This document shows, in pieces, positions 44,291-54,800 of a stretch of DNA of 64,000 nt. The notes under the pieces were generated by a model. The model made no database searches. It was given only the letters and a program-made list of their open reading frames with translations, and had not been told where the DNA came from. The DNA comes from Clostridia bacterium (GTDB lineage: Bacteria; Bacillota; Clostridia; RGIG6154), in assembly GCA_045648505.1 (NCBI GenBank), contig JAZROD010000032.1, positions 722 through 64,721 on the forward strand, in the 5' to 3' direction. Position numbers and translations under genes: made by a program. Position 1 is the stretch's first letter; each line of letters begins with the position of its first letter.

Positions 44291-46276
44291 TTATAATGTG
44301 TATTCCTGTCTTCTCATAACATGGTCCTGATATTCCTTGTCAAGCTCAACAAAGTATGCACTCCATCCCCAGATTCTGACAACAAGCTGCTGATATTTTT
44401 CAGGGTGTGCCTGAGCATCCTTTAATGTTTCAAGGTTAACTGCGTTAAGCTGAAGCTGATGTCCGCCAAGTTCAACAAAGGATTTAACAAGCATAGCAAC
44501 TTTTTCAACACTGCTTTCATCTTTAAACATAGAATTATGGAATTCAAGTGTTAAAGGACCGCCGTTTATAACATTTTCAAAGTGTGGCTTTGAGAATGAT
44601 TTAATAACTGAAAGTGGACCTTTGATATCTGCAAAAATACTTGCAGAGAAGTTTGTACCAAAAGGCTCTTTCTTAAGTCTGCCGTCAGGTGATGCACCGA
44701 TTTCGTTTGCGTGCCAAAGGTAAAACATAGCAGAGCCTGTTCCTGCACGATATATTCCGCCTCTGCAGTTCTTTCTGCCCTTTAAAGCTTCGCCAAAGGT
44801 ATCTAAAAGCCATACTGCAATATCATCAACAAGGTCAATATTGTTACCCATTTTGGGTGCTTCATAGCGAAGTTTGTGAAGAAGCTCGGGAGCGTTTTCA
44901 AAGTTTGTATCAACTGCATTTATAAGCTCTTCTTTTGAAATGCTTTTTTCTTCAAACACATATTTTTTGATTACTGCAAGTGAGTCTGCACCTGTTGCAA
45001 CACCTGTTCCGTGAATACCGAAGTTATTGTATTTTCCACCACCCCAGATAGTGTCATTATTGCACATAACTGACATAAAAGGAGATGGAACAAACCATAA
45101 GTCCTTTAAATTACCGCAGATAATATCACATTCTGCTTTTATTTCTTTTTCAACTTCTTTTGCAAAGTCATCAAATGTTTCTGATGTTAAAAGGTGCTTA
45201 TGAAGAGCGTTGTCTACAACTTTAGGGAAGTTAAGCGCACCGATGTTTGCCACATCTGCGCCAACTTTAGGAACAATAAATTCCCAGCAAGCGGCAGTAA
45301 CATATTCACAGGCATCTTCTTTATCGTAGCCAAGTTTAACAAGGGCATCAATAACCACATCATCGTTTGAATACTGTGGGAAACCAAGACCTGCTTTTGT
45401 AAGCTCACTACCTAAAATGTATGTCTCAACAGGTGTGTTTTTATTAACTCTTAAATTGATTTTAGGGTCAATTAAAAGAAGATTATTACTTGCTTTAAGA
45501 CAAAGCTTTGAAAGAAGATTAAAAACATCGTTTCCGTCTTTATCAACACCGCCAAGCATTAAGCTTTGTCCGTTGTCACCCTGCTGAACGCCCACGTAAA
45601 GGTCTGAATCTTTGTTGAATGATAAGAAAAAGTCTTCAACAAGCGCTAAAGCTGTCTCTTCTGTGTAAAGTCCTTTTTCCATATCTGCTTTAAGGTATGG
45701 ATACATATATTTGTCAAGTCTGCCAACTGTGTTGTGGTAGTTTCCTTCAAGCCAGAGGGCAAAATGAACAATTCTGAAAGACTGAAGTGCTTCAATAAAG
45801 CTTGTTGCACCATAAGCAGGAACTCGCTCTAAAACTTTTGCAATTTCTTCTTTACCCTCTTTGATTGCTGCTTCTTTATATCTTTCAACAAGACCTAAAA
45901 TAGCATCAATGCTTCTTTTCTGATACTCATTTGCAGTTTCTCTTTTTGCAAGAAGACCACATTTGATAATATCTTCATAGTCAGGAGAAAGGTTTGAAAG
46001 ATAACCAAGCTCGTGAATGAAATATTTGTCTTTAAGTTCTGCCCACTCATCTTCTGTGAAGCAGTCAGGAATGTTTTTAACTGTTCTTACGAAGCAAATT
46101 TTTTCATCAGGAAGAAAATGTGGTGTTTCCATTTGGCAAAGTCTTTCAAATCTGTCTGTCATTCGCTCAATAGGGGAAAGCCCCTTTTCTTTATACTCTT
46201 TTGCAAGTTCAGGAGCTTCAATTCTGAACTTGTGATGTTCTTTTTTAAGTATGTAATCAAGTAACGCTTTTGACAT
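44291..46276 (-). CDS. Compact glycyl radical enzyme (PFL-like superfamily), 661 aa, substrate unknown
   Basis: C-terminal Gly-radical motif VVRIWGWSAYF (Gly637). Thiyl loop TAACWEF (Cys330, Glu332). PKMGNNIDLVDD and SPDGR motifs are typical of GREs. Confidence 0.85.
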   Translation of the reverse strand: MSKALLDYILKKEHHKFRIEAPELAKEYKEKGLSPIERMTDRFERLCQMETPHFLPDEKICFVRTVKNIPDCFTEDEWAELKDKYFIHELGYLSNLSPDYEDIIKCGLLAKRETANEYQKRSIDAILGLVERYKEAAIKEGKEEIAKVLERVPAYGATSFIEALQSFRIVHFALWLEGNYHNTVGRLDKYMYPYLKADMEKGLYTEETALALVEDFFLSFNKDSDLYVGVQQGDNGQSLMLGGVDKDGNDVFNLLSKLCLKASNNLLLIDPKINLRVNKNTPVETYILGSELTKAGLGFPQYSNDDVVIDALVKLGYDKEDACEYVTAACWEFIVPKVGADVANIGALNFPKVVDNALHKHLLTSETFDDFAKEVEKEIKAECDIICGNLKDLWFVPSPFMSVMCNNDTIWGGGKYNNFGIHGTGVATGADSLAVIKKYVFEEKSISKEELINAVDTNFENAPELLHKLRYEAPKMGNNIDLVDDIAVWLLDTFGEALKGRKNCRGGIYRAGTGSAMFYLWHANEIGASPDGRLKKEPFGTNFSASIFADIKGPLSVIKSFSKPHFENVINGGPLTLEFHNSMFKDESSVEKVAMLVKSFVELGGHQLQLNAVNLETLKDAQAHPEKYQQLVVRIWGWSAYFVELDKEYQDHVMRRQEYTL

Positions 46277-46290
46277 ATTACCACTCCTTA

Positions 46291-46304
46291 CATTATCGTT
46301 AATG
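46291..46304. promoter_or_regulatory. Candidate LacI-family operator (14-bp CG-centred palindrome)
   Basis: CATTATC-GTTAATG on the plus strand; half-sites match 6 of 7. It lies immediately downstream of the -10 box of the GRE promoter. Confidence 0.5.
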
Positions 46305-46306
46305 CA

Positions 46307-46335
46307 ATTATACCAAATAAAAACCGCTCAGTCAA
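46307..46335 (-). promoter_or_regulatory. Near-consensus sigma-A promoter of the GRE operon
   Basis: Minus strand TTGACT, 17 nt, TATAAT. Confidence 0.7.
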
Positions 46336-46347
46336 TAGACTGAACGG
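46313..46347 (-). terminator. Rho-independent terminator overlapping the lacI-family stop codon
   Basis: The minus strand reads CCGTTCAGTC-TATT-GACTGAGCGG followed by TTTTTATTT. Confidence 0.6.
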
Positions 46348-47329
46348 TTTTTCTCTCAATTATTTTTGTTTCAAGGATTTTTTTTACTGTTCCTGAAGAA
46401 TTTTCTTCAAGGTTGTCTATTAAGATGTTAACAGCTTCTTTTGCCATAGTTGATTTTTTTGAAGAAAGGGAAGTAAGCTCTAAAGGAAACTTGAATCTTG
46501 ACAGAATATCGTCAAAGCCGATAACCGAAACATCTTCAGGGACTTTTTTGCCAAGCTCCTTTAAAATTGATATTGCCTGCATTGCAAAAAGGTCTGAAAA
46601 ACAGATAAGTGCAGTATAATTTTTCCTTGAAGACAGAATTTTTTTCATTTTATCATAGTTGTCAGAAGGAGCAAGTTCAAAGACATTGCTAAAAGCTTTT
46701 CCTTTTTCTTCAAATGCTCTTTTTACACCTGAAAGTCTTTCTTCTGCACTTGAGATGCAAAGGGGTGCATTTAAAAACAGAATATCTTTATGTCCTTTTT
46801 CTAAAAGATATTTACCTGCAATATATCCGCTGTTTTCGTCGTTGCAGATAACATAGTTGTTGTCTTTGCCTTTAAACCTTCTGCCGAGAAGTACAAAAGG
46901 AATATCAAGGCTTTCAAGAAAGGCTATGTTATCGTATGAATTTTGTGTGGGCGATATAATAATACCGTCTGTATTTTTGCTTTTTGCTGAGATTATTGCC
47001 TGCTTTTCTGTTTCAGGGTCTTCGTCTGTGTTCATTATGTATGCAGTATATCCTTTTTCCCTTAAAAGACCCTCGATTTCTTTTATTACAACAGAAAAAT
47101 GGGGATTTGTAATGTCTGCAACAATAATTGCTATGCTTTTGCTCTTTCCACTTCTTAAAAATATTGCGGATGAGTTTGCAATATATCCCATTTCCTCAGC
47201 AGTTCTTTTAATAAGCTTTTTGGTTTTCTCTGAAATGTCAGGTTTGTCATTAAGTGCGTGAGAAACTGTGTTTGCTGAAAAACCTGTAGCTTTTGCTATA
47301 TCAGAAAGAGTAACAGTTTTATTTTTCAT
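46328..47329 (-). CDS. LacI-family transcriptional regulator
   Basis: N-terminal [47 protein letters not shown] plus a periplasmic-binding-protein-like core. Confidence 0.9.
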   Translation of the reverse strand: MKNKTVTLSDIAKATGFSANTVSHALNDKPDISEKTKKLIKRTAEEMGYIANSSAIFLRSGKSKSIAIIVADITNPHFSVVIKEIEGLLREKGYTAYIMNTDEDPETEKQAIISAKSKNTDGIIISPTQNSYDNIAFLESLDIPFVLLGRRFKGKDNNYVICNDENSGYIAGKYLLEKGHKDILFLNAPLCISSAEERLSGVKRAFEEKGKAFSNVFELAPSDNYDKMKKILSSRKNYTALICFSDLFAMQAISILKELGKKVPEDVSVIGFDDILSRFKFPLELTSLSSKKSTMAKEAVNILIDNLEENSSGTVKKILETKIIERKTVQSID

Positions 47330-48329
47330 TAAAATCTATAGGCAGGTAAGGAATTGCGTTTAAGTCCATACCTGAAAAATCCTTTCGCATATAATAATGA
47401 TATGCCGCCGCACCGATCATTGCCGCATTATCTGTGCAATAAACAAAGTCAGGGCAAACAAATTCCATACCACGCTTTTCGGCCTCGCATTTAAAGCTTT
47501 CACGAAGTCCTGAGTTTGCGGCAACACCGCCTGCAATAGAAACCTTTTTAACGCCTTTCATTTCAGCCGCTTTAAAAGTGTTTGTTGTTAAAATATCAAC
47601 AACGGTACTCTGGAAGCTTGCGCAAAGGTCATTTACATTTATTTCTTCACCTTTCTGCGCCATATTGTGGTGATAGTTTATAATTGCAGTTTTAATTCCG
47701 CTGAAAGAAAAATCAAGGGTTTCTTCATGGAATTTAGGCTTTGTTATAGGAATGTTAGGAGTTCCAAGCTTTGCCGCTTTGTCAATACTTGGTCCGCCTG
47801 GGTAGGAAAGTCCCACAACACGGGCAACCTTATCGTAAGCTTCGCCTGCGGCATCATCTCTTGTTTTTCCTAAAACTTCATATTTTCTGTAATCTTCAAC
47901 ATAAATAATATGGCTGTGACCACCTGATGCCACAAGGCACATAAATGGTGGTGTAAGTCCCATAAGATAGTTGGCACAAATATGACCTTCAATATGGTGA
48001 ACCCCAATCAATGGCTTGCCTGATGCAAATGCATAAGCCTTTGCATAAGAAAGACCAACAAGGAGTGAGCCAACAAGCCCCGGTGCATAAGTAACCGCAA
48101 TTGCATCAATATCGTCAATGGTGCAGTTTGCATCATCAAGTGCCTGTTTAACAACACCATCTATTGCTTCTATATGAAGACGGGATGCAACTTCAGGCAC
48201 AACACCGCCGTATTTTTTATGTAAGTTTGCCTGCGAATTTATAACATTTGATAAAACTGTGCGTCCGTCTGCTACAACAGATGCGGCAGTTTCATCGCAG
48301 GAACTTTCAATAGCAAGTATTTTAATCAA
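47319..48329 (-). CDS. tsaD: tRNA N6-adenosine threonylcarbamoyltransferase TsaD
   Basis: [19 protein letters not shown] opening, HHIEGH motif, 336 aa. Confidence 0.95.
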   Translation of the reverse strand: MIKILAIESSCDETAASVVADGRTVLSNVINSQANLHKKYGGVVPEVASRLHIEAIDGVVKQALDDANCTIDDIDAIAVTYAPGLVGSLLVGLSYAKAYAFASGKPLIGVHHIEGHICANYLMGLTPPFMCLVASGGHSHIIYVEDYRKYEVLGKTRDDAAGEAYDKVARVVGLSYPGGPSIDKAAKLGTPNIPITKPKFHEETLDFSFSGIKTAIINYHHNMAQKGEEINVNDLCASFQSTVVDILTTNTFKAAEMKGVKKVSIAGGVAANSGLRESFKCEAEKRGMEFVCPDFVYCTDNAAMIGAAAYHYYMRKDFSGMDLNAIPYLPIDFNEK

Positions 48330-48771
48330 TTAGTTCTATCTCCTTTGTCATAAGGATTGCATTTTCGTTATTTTTGTAATAGTTTTTTCTGAAACCATCC
48401 TGGACAAATCCCATTTTTTTATAAAGGTTAATTGCACTTTCGTTGCTTTCACGAACTTCAAGATGCAAAAGTGATGTACTGGTCTGTGCACACTTTTCAA
48501 TCATTTTTTCTAATATTTTTGTTGCAATTCCCATTTTTCTGTAGTCTTTATGAGTGGCAATATTGATGATTTCTGCTTCAAACATAACCCACCAGTAACC
48601 GCCGTAGCCAACAACTTTATCGTCAATTGTTGCAACAAAATAGCTTGCAACAGGGTTTTCAAGTTCTTTTTTGAATTCTTCAACAGATGACCATGGCTTG
48701 TGAGGACAGGTGTTGTCTATTTCTTCAATAAAGGGGAGATGCTCCGCTTTTAAATATTCTATGGTAATCAT
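48322..48771 (-). CDS. rimI: Ribosomal-protein-alanine N-acetyltransferase RimI (GNAT)
   Basis: GNAT core [20 protein letters not shown]. Canonical position upstream of tsaD. Confidence 0.85.
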   Translation of the reverse strand: MITIEYLKAEHLPFIEEIDNTCPHKPWSSVEEFKKELENPVASYFVATIDDKVVGYGGYWWVMFEAEIINIATHKDYRKMGIATKILEKMIEKCAQTSTSLLHLEVRESNESAINLYKKMGFVQDGFRKNYYKNNENAILMTKEIELID

Positions 48772-49775
48772 AATTTTATTATCCTGCCTCCTGCCGCCTT
48801 GAACATTCTGTTATAAAGGGCAAAGCCAACGCCTTTTTTATCGGGCATAAGAGCGAAAATCTTTGTTATGCCATTGTCATCACACTCACGGAGTAAATCA
48901 AAAAACAGTTTACTGCCCAAGCTTGAATCGCCTAATGATTTCACATAAGGCAAATCAAAATCTATTTTGTCATAAGTGAAAACTGCAGTATTTTCATCTG
49001 CATTTTCGGTTATATAGCGTCTGATTTCGTCAATGCTTCCGTCTAAAATATAAAGCTCGCCATTTGGTGCATAGTGCTTGTATTTCATACCAGGACTTTT
49101 AGGCTTAACCGTATCTGTAATCACATCAAGGGTTAAGTGCTTGTCATAAGAAACATCAGGGAAAAGCTCATAAATATCTTCAAAAGTAACTCCGCCCGGT
49201 CTTAAAATAACAGGCGACAATTCTGTTACATCAATAACTGTTGACTCAAGACCTATATCACAGCTTCCGCCGTCTATAATCATATCAATTTTCCCGTTTA
49301 AGTCTTCATAAACATGGCTTGCCTTTGTGGGACTTGGCTTTCCTGATGTGTTTGCACTTGGTGCGGCAACAGGTGTTTTTGCAAGAGCAATAAGCTCTCT
49401 TGCAATTTCGTTTTCGGGAAGTCTGATGGCAACTGTATCAAGACCACCTGAAATAACCGATGGCACAATATCACGCTTTTTGAAAACCAGCGTCATAGGT
49501 CCTGGCCAGAAAGTGTCCATAAGCTTTTGTGCAGTTTTATTGATTTCAAGCACAAGGGGAAGAACTTCTTTTTTATCCTGAATATGTAAAATAAGAGGAT
49601 TGTCCGAAGGTCTGCCTTTGGCAACATAGATTTTTTTTACTGCTTTTTCGTTAAGTCCGTCTGCACCAAGTCCGTAAACTGTTTCTGTAGGGAATGCAAC
49701 AAGACCGCCATTGTTTAAAATTTTGGCGGCTTGGGTTAAATTTTCTGTTGTTGGTTTAACAAGAGATGTCATCAA
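48768..49775 (-). CDS. tsaC: L-threonylcarbamoyladenylate synthase (Sua5/YwlC/TsaC type with Sua5 C-domain)
   Basis: LVAFPTETVYGLGADGLN, KGRPSDNPLILH, APSANTSGKPSPT. Confidence 0.9.
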   Translation of the reverse strand: MMTSLVKPTTENLTQAAKILNNGGLVAFPTETVYGLGADGLNEKAVKKIYVAKGRPSDNPLILHIQDKKEVLPLVLEINKTAQKLMDTFWPGPMTLVFKKRDIVPSVISGGLDTVAIRLPENEIARELIALAKTPVAAPSANTSGKPSPTKASHVYEDLNGKIDMIIDGGSCDIGLESTVIDVTELSPVILRPGGVTFEDIYELFPDVSYDKHLTLDVITDTVKPKSPGMKYKHYAPNGELYILDGSIDEIRRYITENADENTAVFTYDKIDFDLPYVKSLGDSSLGSKLFFDLLRECDDNGITKIFALMPDKKGVGFALYNRMFKAAGGRIIKL

Positions 49776-50257
49776 TAATCTTCCTTTATACCGAGGGAAT
49801 CGTCATTTTCAATCCACTCTGATACCATATAGTGTCTGTAATTTTCTTTATCATCTCTGATGTAAACATCATTGATGCCTGCATTTATTATCATTCTTTT
49901 GCACATAGAACAAGGCATTGCGTTTTCAACAACTGCACCTGTGCTTTTTTCTTTACCGCAAAGGTAAAGAGTTGCGCCAATCATTTCGTTTCTTGATGCA
50001 GAGATAATAGCATTTGCTTCAGCGTGAACACTTCTGCAAAGTTCGTATCTTGTGCCTCTTGGAACATTTAATTTTTCTCTTAAACAAAAGCCCATATCAG
50101 AGCAATTCTGTCTTTGTCTTGGTGCACCAACATAACCTGTTGAAACGATTTCATCGTTTTTAACAATAATTGCGCCAAAATTTCTTCTGAGGCAAGTGCC
50201 TCTTTCAAGTACTGTTTCTGCGATGTCGAGGTAATAGTTTATTTTATCTGTTCTCAA
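49772..50257 (-). CDS. dCMP deaminase (ComEB-like cytidine/deoxycytidylate deaminase)
   Basis: HAEANAI and PCSMCKRMIINAGI zinc motifs. TTG start at 50257 behind AAGGAGGA; the longer ORF would overlap rpiB. Confidence 0.85.
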   Translation of the reverse strand: MRTDKINYYLDIAETVLERGTCLRRNFGAIIVKNDEIVSTGYVGAPRQRQNCSDMGFCLREKLNVPRGTRYELCRSVHAEANAIISASRNEMIGATLYLCGKEKSTGAVVENAMPCSMCKRMIINAGINDVYIRDDKENYRHYMVSEWIENDDSLGIKEDY

Positions 50258-50270
50258 AACCGTATCCTCC

Positions 50271-50708
50271 TTAATTATTTTCAATATCTGTAATAAGGTC
50301 AATTCTTGCCTGATGGCGTCCGCCTTCAAACTCTGCATTCATATATGCATCAAGAATTGAAATGGCAAGGTCTTCTCCAAGAACTCTGCCACCCATACAG
50401 ATAACATTTGCATTGTTATGCTGTTTGGTTTTTTCTGCACTGTATGCATCAGAACAAAGTGCAGCACGGATTCCTTTGTGTTTGTTTGCGGCAATTGAAA
50501 TACCGATACCTGTTCCGCAGATTAAAATACCGAATTCTGCTTCACCGCTTGTAACTGCAGGACAAACTGCAGATGCAATGTCAGGGTAATTTACGCTGTC
50601 TTTTGAGTAACAACCGAAGTCTTTAACTTCAATTCCTTTTCCTTCAAGGTGTTTGATGATGGCAAGTTTAAGTTCATAACCGCCGTGATCTGATCCGATA
50701 GCTATCAT
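50271..50708 (-). CDS. rpiB: Ribose-5-phosphate isomerase B
   Basis: MIAIGSDHGGYELK opening, CGTGIGISIAANK. ATG 50708 behind an AGGAAAGGAA RBS. Confidence 0.9.
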   Translation of the reverse strand: MIAIGSDHGGYELKLAIIKHLEGKGIEVKDFGCYSKDSVNYPDIASAVCPAVTSGEAEFGILICGTGIGISIAANKHKGIRAALCSDAYSAEKTKQHNNANVICMGGRVLGEDLAISILDAYMNAEFEGGRHQARIDLITDIENN

Positions 50709-50712
50709 AATA

Positions 50713-51387
50713 TTATTCCTTTCCTTCCTGTTGGTCCACATAAGCTTTAACTAAATAATCGGGAGCAATAGGTTTGTTTTGTTTATTTAAGTATAATTTT
50801 TCTGCAAGGTATGCAACCGAAGCCGCATCTGAAGTATTATATATTTCTGCAGGGAAAACTGCGTTTTCTTTAAGAGTCTCTTTAATAAGCTCTTTGTGTT
50901 TTTCGATGCAGTCGCCTGTAAAAATTATTTTCTTGTCAAAGCAGGAAAGCTTTGATAAAAGAATGTTAATGTCGCACATATCTGCAGGGAGGATTTCTTC
51001 ACCGTTTTTATAAAGTGAATAATAAACCTGATTTCTTCTTGCATCTAAAAGTGGACAAACATAGCCGTCAAAGTAATTGAATTTAAAAGCCATAGCCTCA
51101 AGAGTGGAAACACCAACTGCCGGCTTTCCTGCACCGTCTGCAAGACCTTTGATTGTTGCAATTCCAACACGAAGTCCTGTGAAAGAACCGGGACCTTGTG
51201 CAGCTGCAAAAAGGTCAATATCCTTTGCACAAAGATTAAGTTTGTTTAAAAGTTCTTCAATAAGCACCATACTTATCTGTGAATGTGGAGTTGCAAGATT
51301 TAAGGTGAAAACACCTAAGAGGTTACCATCCTGTGTTACCGCAACTGTTGCTGCTTTTGAAGATGTGTCTGTTGCAAGAGTTCTCAT
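50713..51387 (-). CDS. tsaB: tRNA threonylcarbamoyladenosine biosynthesis protein TsaB
   Basis: MRTLATDTSSKAATVAV, GPGSFTGLRVGIATIKG. Confidence 0.9.
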   Translation of the reverse strand: MRTLATDTSSKAATVAVTQDGNLLGVFTLNLATPHSQISMVLIEELLNKLNLCAKDIDLFAAAQGPGSFTGLRVGIATIKGLADGAGKPAVGVSTLEAMAFKFNYFDGYVCPLLDARRNQVYYSLYKNGEEILPADMCDINILLSKLSCFDKKIIFTGDCIEKHKELIKETLKENAVFPAEIYNTSDAASVAYLAEKLYLNKQNKPIAPDYLVKAYVDQQEGKE

Positions 51388-51797
51388 TTTTTAACCTCGC
51401 TTATTTCAATAATTCTTCCGCCTTTGTTATATGTAATATTAACTGCCTTATATTCTTCAAGAAGTGGATATGCAATTTCAGGCCACTCAATAATACAGAT
51501 GCCGCCCGAGAAAAGATAACTGTCTATATCTATGGAATACAAGTCATCAACCGTCTTTAAACGGTATAAATCAAAGTGATAAACGGATGTTTTGCCGGGA
51601 TATTCGTTTACGATGTTAAATGTAGGACTGACAGGCTCGTAAATACACTCAAGAGCCTTTGCAATACCTTTTGTGAAGGTTGTTTTTCCTGCACCTAAAT
51701 CGCCTGTTAAACAGACAATATCACCGCTTTTTAATGTTTTGCCGAATTCTTCACCAATGAGTATGGTTTCTTCGGCATTTAATGCATTATAAATCAT
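51384..51797 (-). CDS. tsaE: tRNA threonylcarbamoyladenosine biosynthesis ATPase TsaE
   Basis: Walker A GDLGAGKTTFTKG, HFDLYRL. ATG 51797 behind GAGAGG; the ORF track starts at an upstream TTG, 51809. Confidence 0.9.
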   Translation of the reverse strand: MIYNALNAEETILIGEEFGKTLKSGDIVCLTGDLGAGKTTFTKGIAKALECIYEPVSPTFNIVNEYPGKTSVYHFDLYRLKTVDDLYSIDIDSYLFSGGICIIEWPEIAYPLLEEYKAVNITYNKGGRIIEISEVKK

Positions 51798-51825
51798 AAA
51801 ACCTCTCAAATTTCAATGATAGTTT

Positions 51826-51854
51826 ATTTTATCATAAATTTTCAGATATGTCTA
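51826..51854 (-). promoter_or_regulatory. Candidate sigma-A promoter of the t6A operon
   Basis: Minus strand TAGACA, 17 nt, TAAAAT. Confidence 0.4.
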
Positions 51855-54800
51855 CTAAAACATTGTTTCAATAAGCACAGGGAAGAAGCCTTCTGTCAAG
51901 TACCACATTGTTGATGTATCAAGGTTCTGGTAGAACTGTGGATTACCAAGCTGGTAGTTGCTTCCGCCTGTTGCACCTTCAAGAGCAAATGGGTCATTAA
52001 CTGTGTTTAAATAATAACAGTTGTATATGTTTTCTTTAAGAAGTGTGGCACATATTGCACCTGTGTTTTTACCTGTAAGTTTTTCGGCAGAAGAAATACA
52101 GTTTACAATACTTCCGTTATTGCCTGAAGCTATGCCTCCGATATTGCTTTCTGCAGAAAGTGAATTTAAAACAGAAATGTCACAGTAGTTGATGCAATCT
52201 GAAATTGTACCGCTGTTATAACCACAGATACCGCCAAGCAGAGCAGAGGTTACAACAGAAAAATTAATCTGCATACCGTTGTATGAACCTGCAATAAGAC
52301 CATAGTTGTAACCGCACACACCACCTGCAACTGCAGAATGTGAATTACCCCCAAGTAATCCGTTGGTGTATGAAGAAACTATCATACCGCTGTGCTTGTT
52401 TATTCCTGCAATTCCTCCGCTTACGGAAGTGTAAGCAGTAAAAGGTGCAAAAGATGTGTTACTGCATCTGTAAATGAGTCCTGTGTTAACAGATGCAATA
52501 CCGCCTGATGTATCGGCAGAAAGAGAAACATTTTCAAGCTTTAAGTTGTAGATTTCGCCATGGTTTTCTCTGAACATTCCCGATGTTGTAGTTAAATTTG
52601 AAATTGTATGTCCGTTTCCAAGGAAAGTGCCGAAGAAACTGAAAATTTCATCACCTACAGGAAGGAAAAATTCACCTGACATATCAATATCTGCAAGAAG
52701 AGTAAAGGAAGAACCAAGATGTTTTCGCACATTGTTTAAATGCTCTTTTGTAATTATTTTATATGGGTTTTCAAGGCTTCCGTTTCCGCCTGCAAAATCT
52801 CGTATGTTTTCAATATCAAGAATAGTTGTGTGAGGATTTGTTTTCAGCTGAGGGAATGGGTATGTTGAATTTTTGATTTCCCAGAGCTTTTCACTTAATC
52901 CTGATGCAACGGTAGTTGTTGCCAATTCTTCAGGAGAAACAGAGAACACACCGTTTAATTTGATACATTGTTCACCTGCACCTGAAGGGAGAGTGTGGTC
53001 AAAATAACAAGTTGAAAGCTTACCTGAAACACCACCGCCTGCAATAGAGCCCACATACTGCAAAGGACTTGTTGCGGTAATATAGCCTAAATTATAACAG
53101 TTTGAAATAATTGCATCAGAGCAATAGCCTGTTATTCCGCCACTATATGACCTTTCCGGAGCCTTAACGGTAATAGAGCCTGTGTTGTAGCAGTTGGAAG
53201 TTTCCTGATATTCGCTTCCGGTAATTCCGCCTGCAATAGCGGTTTTTCTGTCAGAATAGGAGAAAATTTTACCGTTATTTACACATTTTGCAATGGCAGA
53301 GTGGTTTGATGCACAGATACCGCCGGCTACTGCACTGCTTTCGGTACAGTTTGCAATAATACCGCCGTTGTTGGTGCAATCTGCCACATAATTGTAATTA
53401 TAAACACAAATTCCGCCTGCAAGGGTTGAAGCGAAGATATCTGAAAGATTAAGACATTTTAAAATCTGTCCTCTTTCTTCATTGGTGCAGGCAATAGCAG
53501 AAGCTATACCGTCTTTTGCACCAACTCTAGAGCCTCTTAAGGTTATATTTTCGATTTTTCCTTCGTTTGAAATTGAAATTGCAGATGCTTTTGAAAGACC
53601 TTCTATTCGTGATTCTGCAATTGTAAGATTTTTGATATTACCTTTGTTTTTTATAACGAAACTGCCGTCGCCTATGCCTGAATATAAAATATTCAGAGCG
53701 TAAATTGTGGATGAATTTCCATCCAGTACACCTGAAAAACTGTCTATTGGTGTGAAACCAAGATTTGCATTGTTGTAAATGGACGGAGAGTTGTATTCAG
53801 CAGAAAGGTCTATATCTCTTGTGAGCACAAAGTGTTTGGAAGAATACATTCTTATGTCAAATAATTCTTTCATAGAGGTTATTTTGTAAGGAGCATCCAT
53901 ACTTCCGTCACCCTCTGCATAGCCTGACGGGAATATAACATCGCTAAAATCAACGCTTTCAAAAATGGGATAACCCATTTTTGTTGCAGTATATATGTTG
54001 TCTTTGAAAAGCTTTTTATTGAAGCTTTCGTATGAAATACCGCCCGGTTGAGAGCTTTGGTATCTGTTGAGATAATATGCGTCTTTGTACTGACCGTCAG
54101 AAATGGGGTATATAACACCAATACTGCTTTCAAAGAACATATCGCCTGTGTTGTAGCCTCTTAAAATACCGCCATTTGAAGCAATACCGAAAATTAAGCT
54201 TTTTTCGCCTGTTCCCATTAAATCTGCAGCATTTATACAGTCGATTATACTGCCACTATTGGCAAGTGCGAAAGGTGCGAGCTTGTTGCCTGAAAGCTTT
54301 CCGTTGTTAAGGCACTGAATAATACTGCCGTTGTTTTCTTCCGAAAAGGCAAAAACGGTTTCGCCCTGTATGGAAGAGTTGTTTTTACAAGCAATAATTG
54401 TTCCGTTGTTTGTTTTTGTAAACGCCTGTGATTTTTTTAATTCAAGATTCTGAACAGTTCCGTTGTTGGTTAAAATAAGAATGCTTTTAAGACCTGATAT
54501 TTTCTTTGAATTACCGTCTAAATTTCCGTTGAATTCTTTAATTGATTTAAAATCCGTCAAAGACATATCAATGTCATTTTTCAAAACAAAGCTGGCAAAA
54601 GGGAAGTACCTTATGTTGTTTAAATGCATAGGTGTGATGATAACATAAGGGTTTGAAGCAGTACCGTCACCGCCTGCAAAAGAGTATGTATTTTCTTTTG
54701 TGTTTTGCAGGAAAGACGGATTGTTTTTTATTGTTAAAGATGTTTTGCCTGAAACCCATATATCTGCATTAAAGAAAGGAATAACATTAAGATTGTCTTT

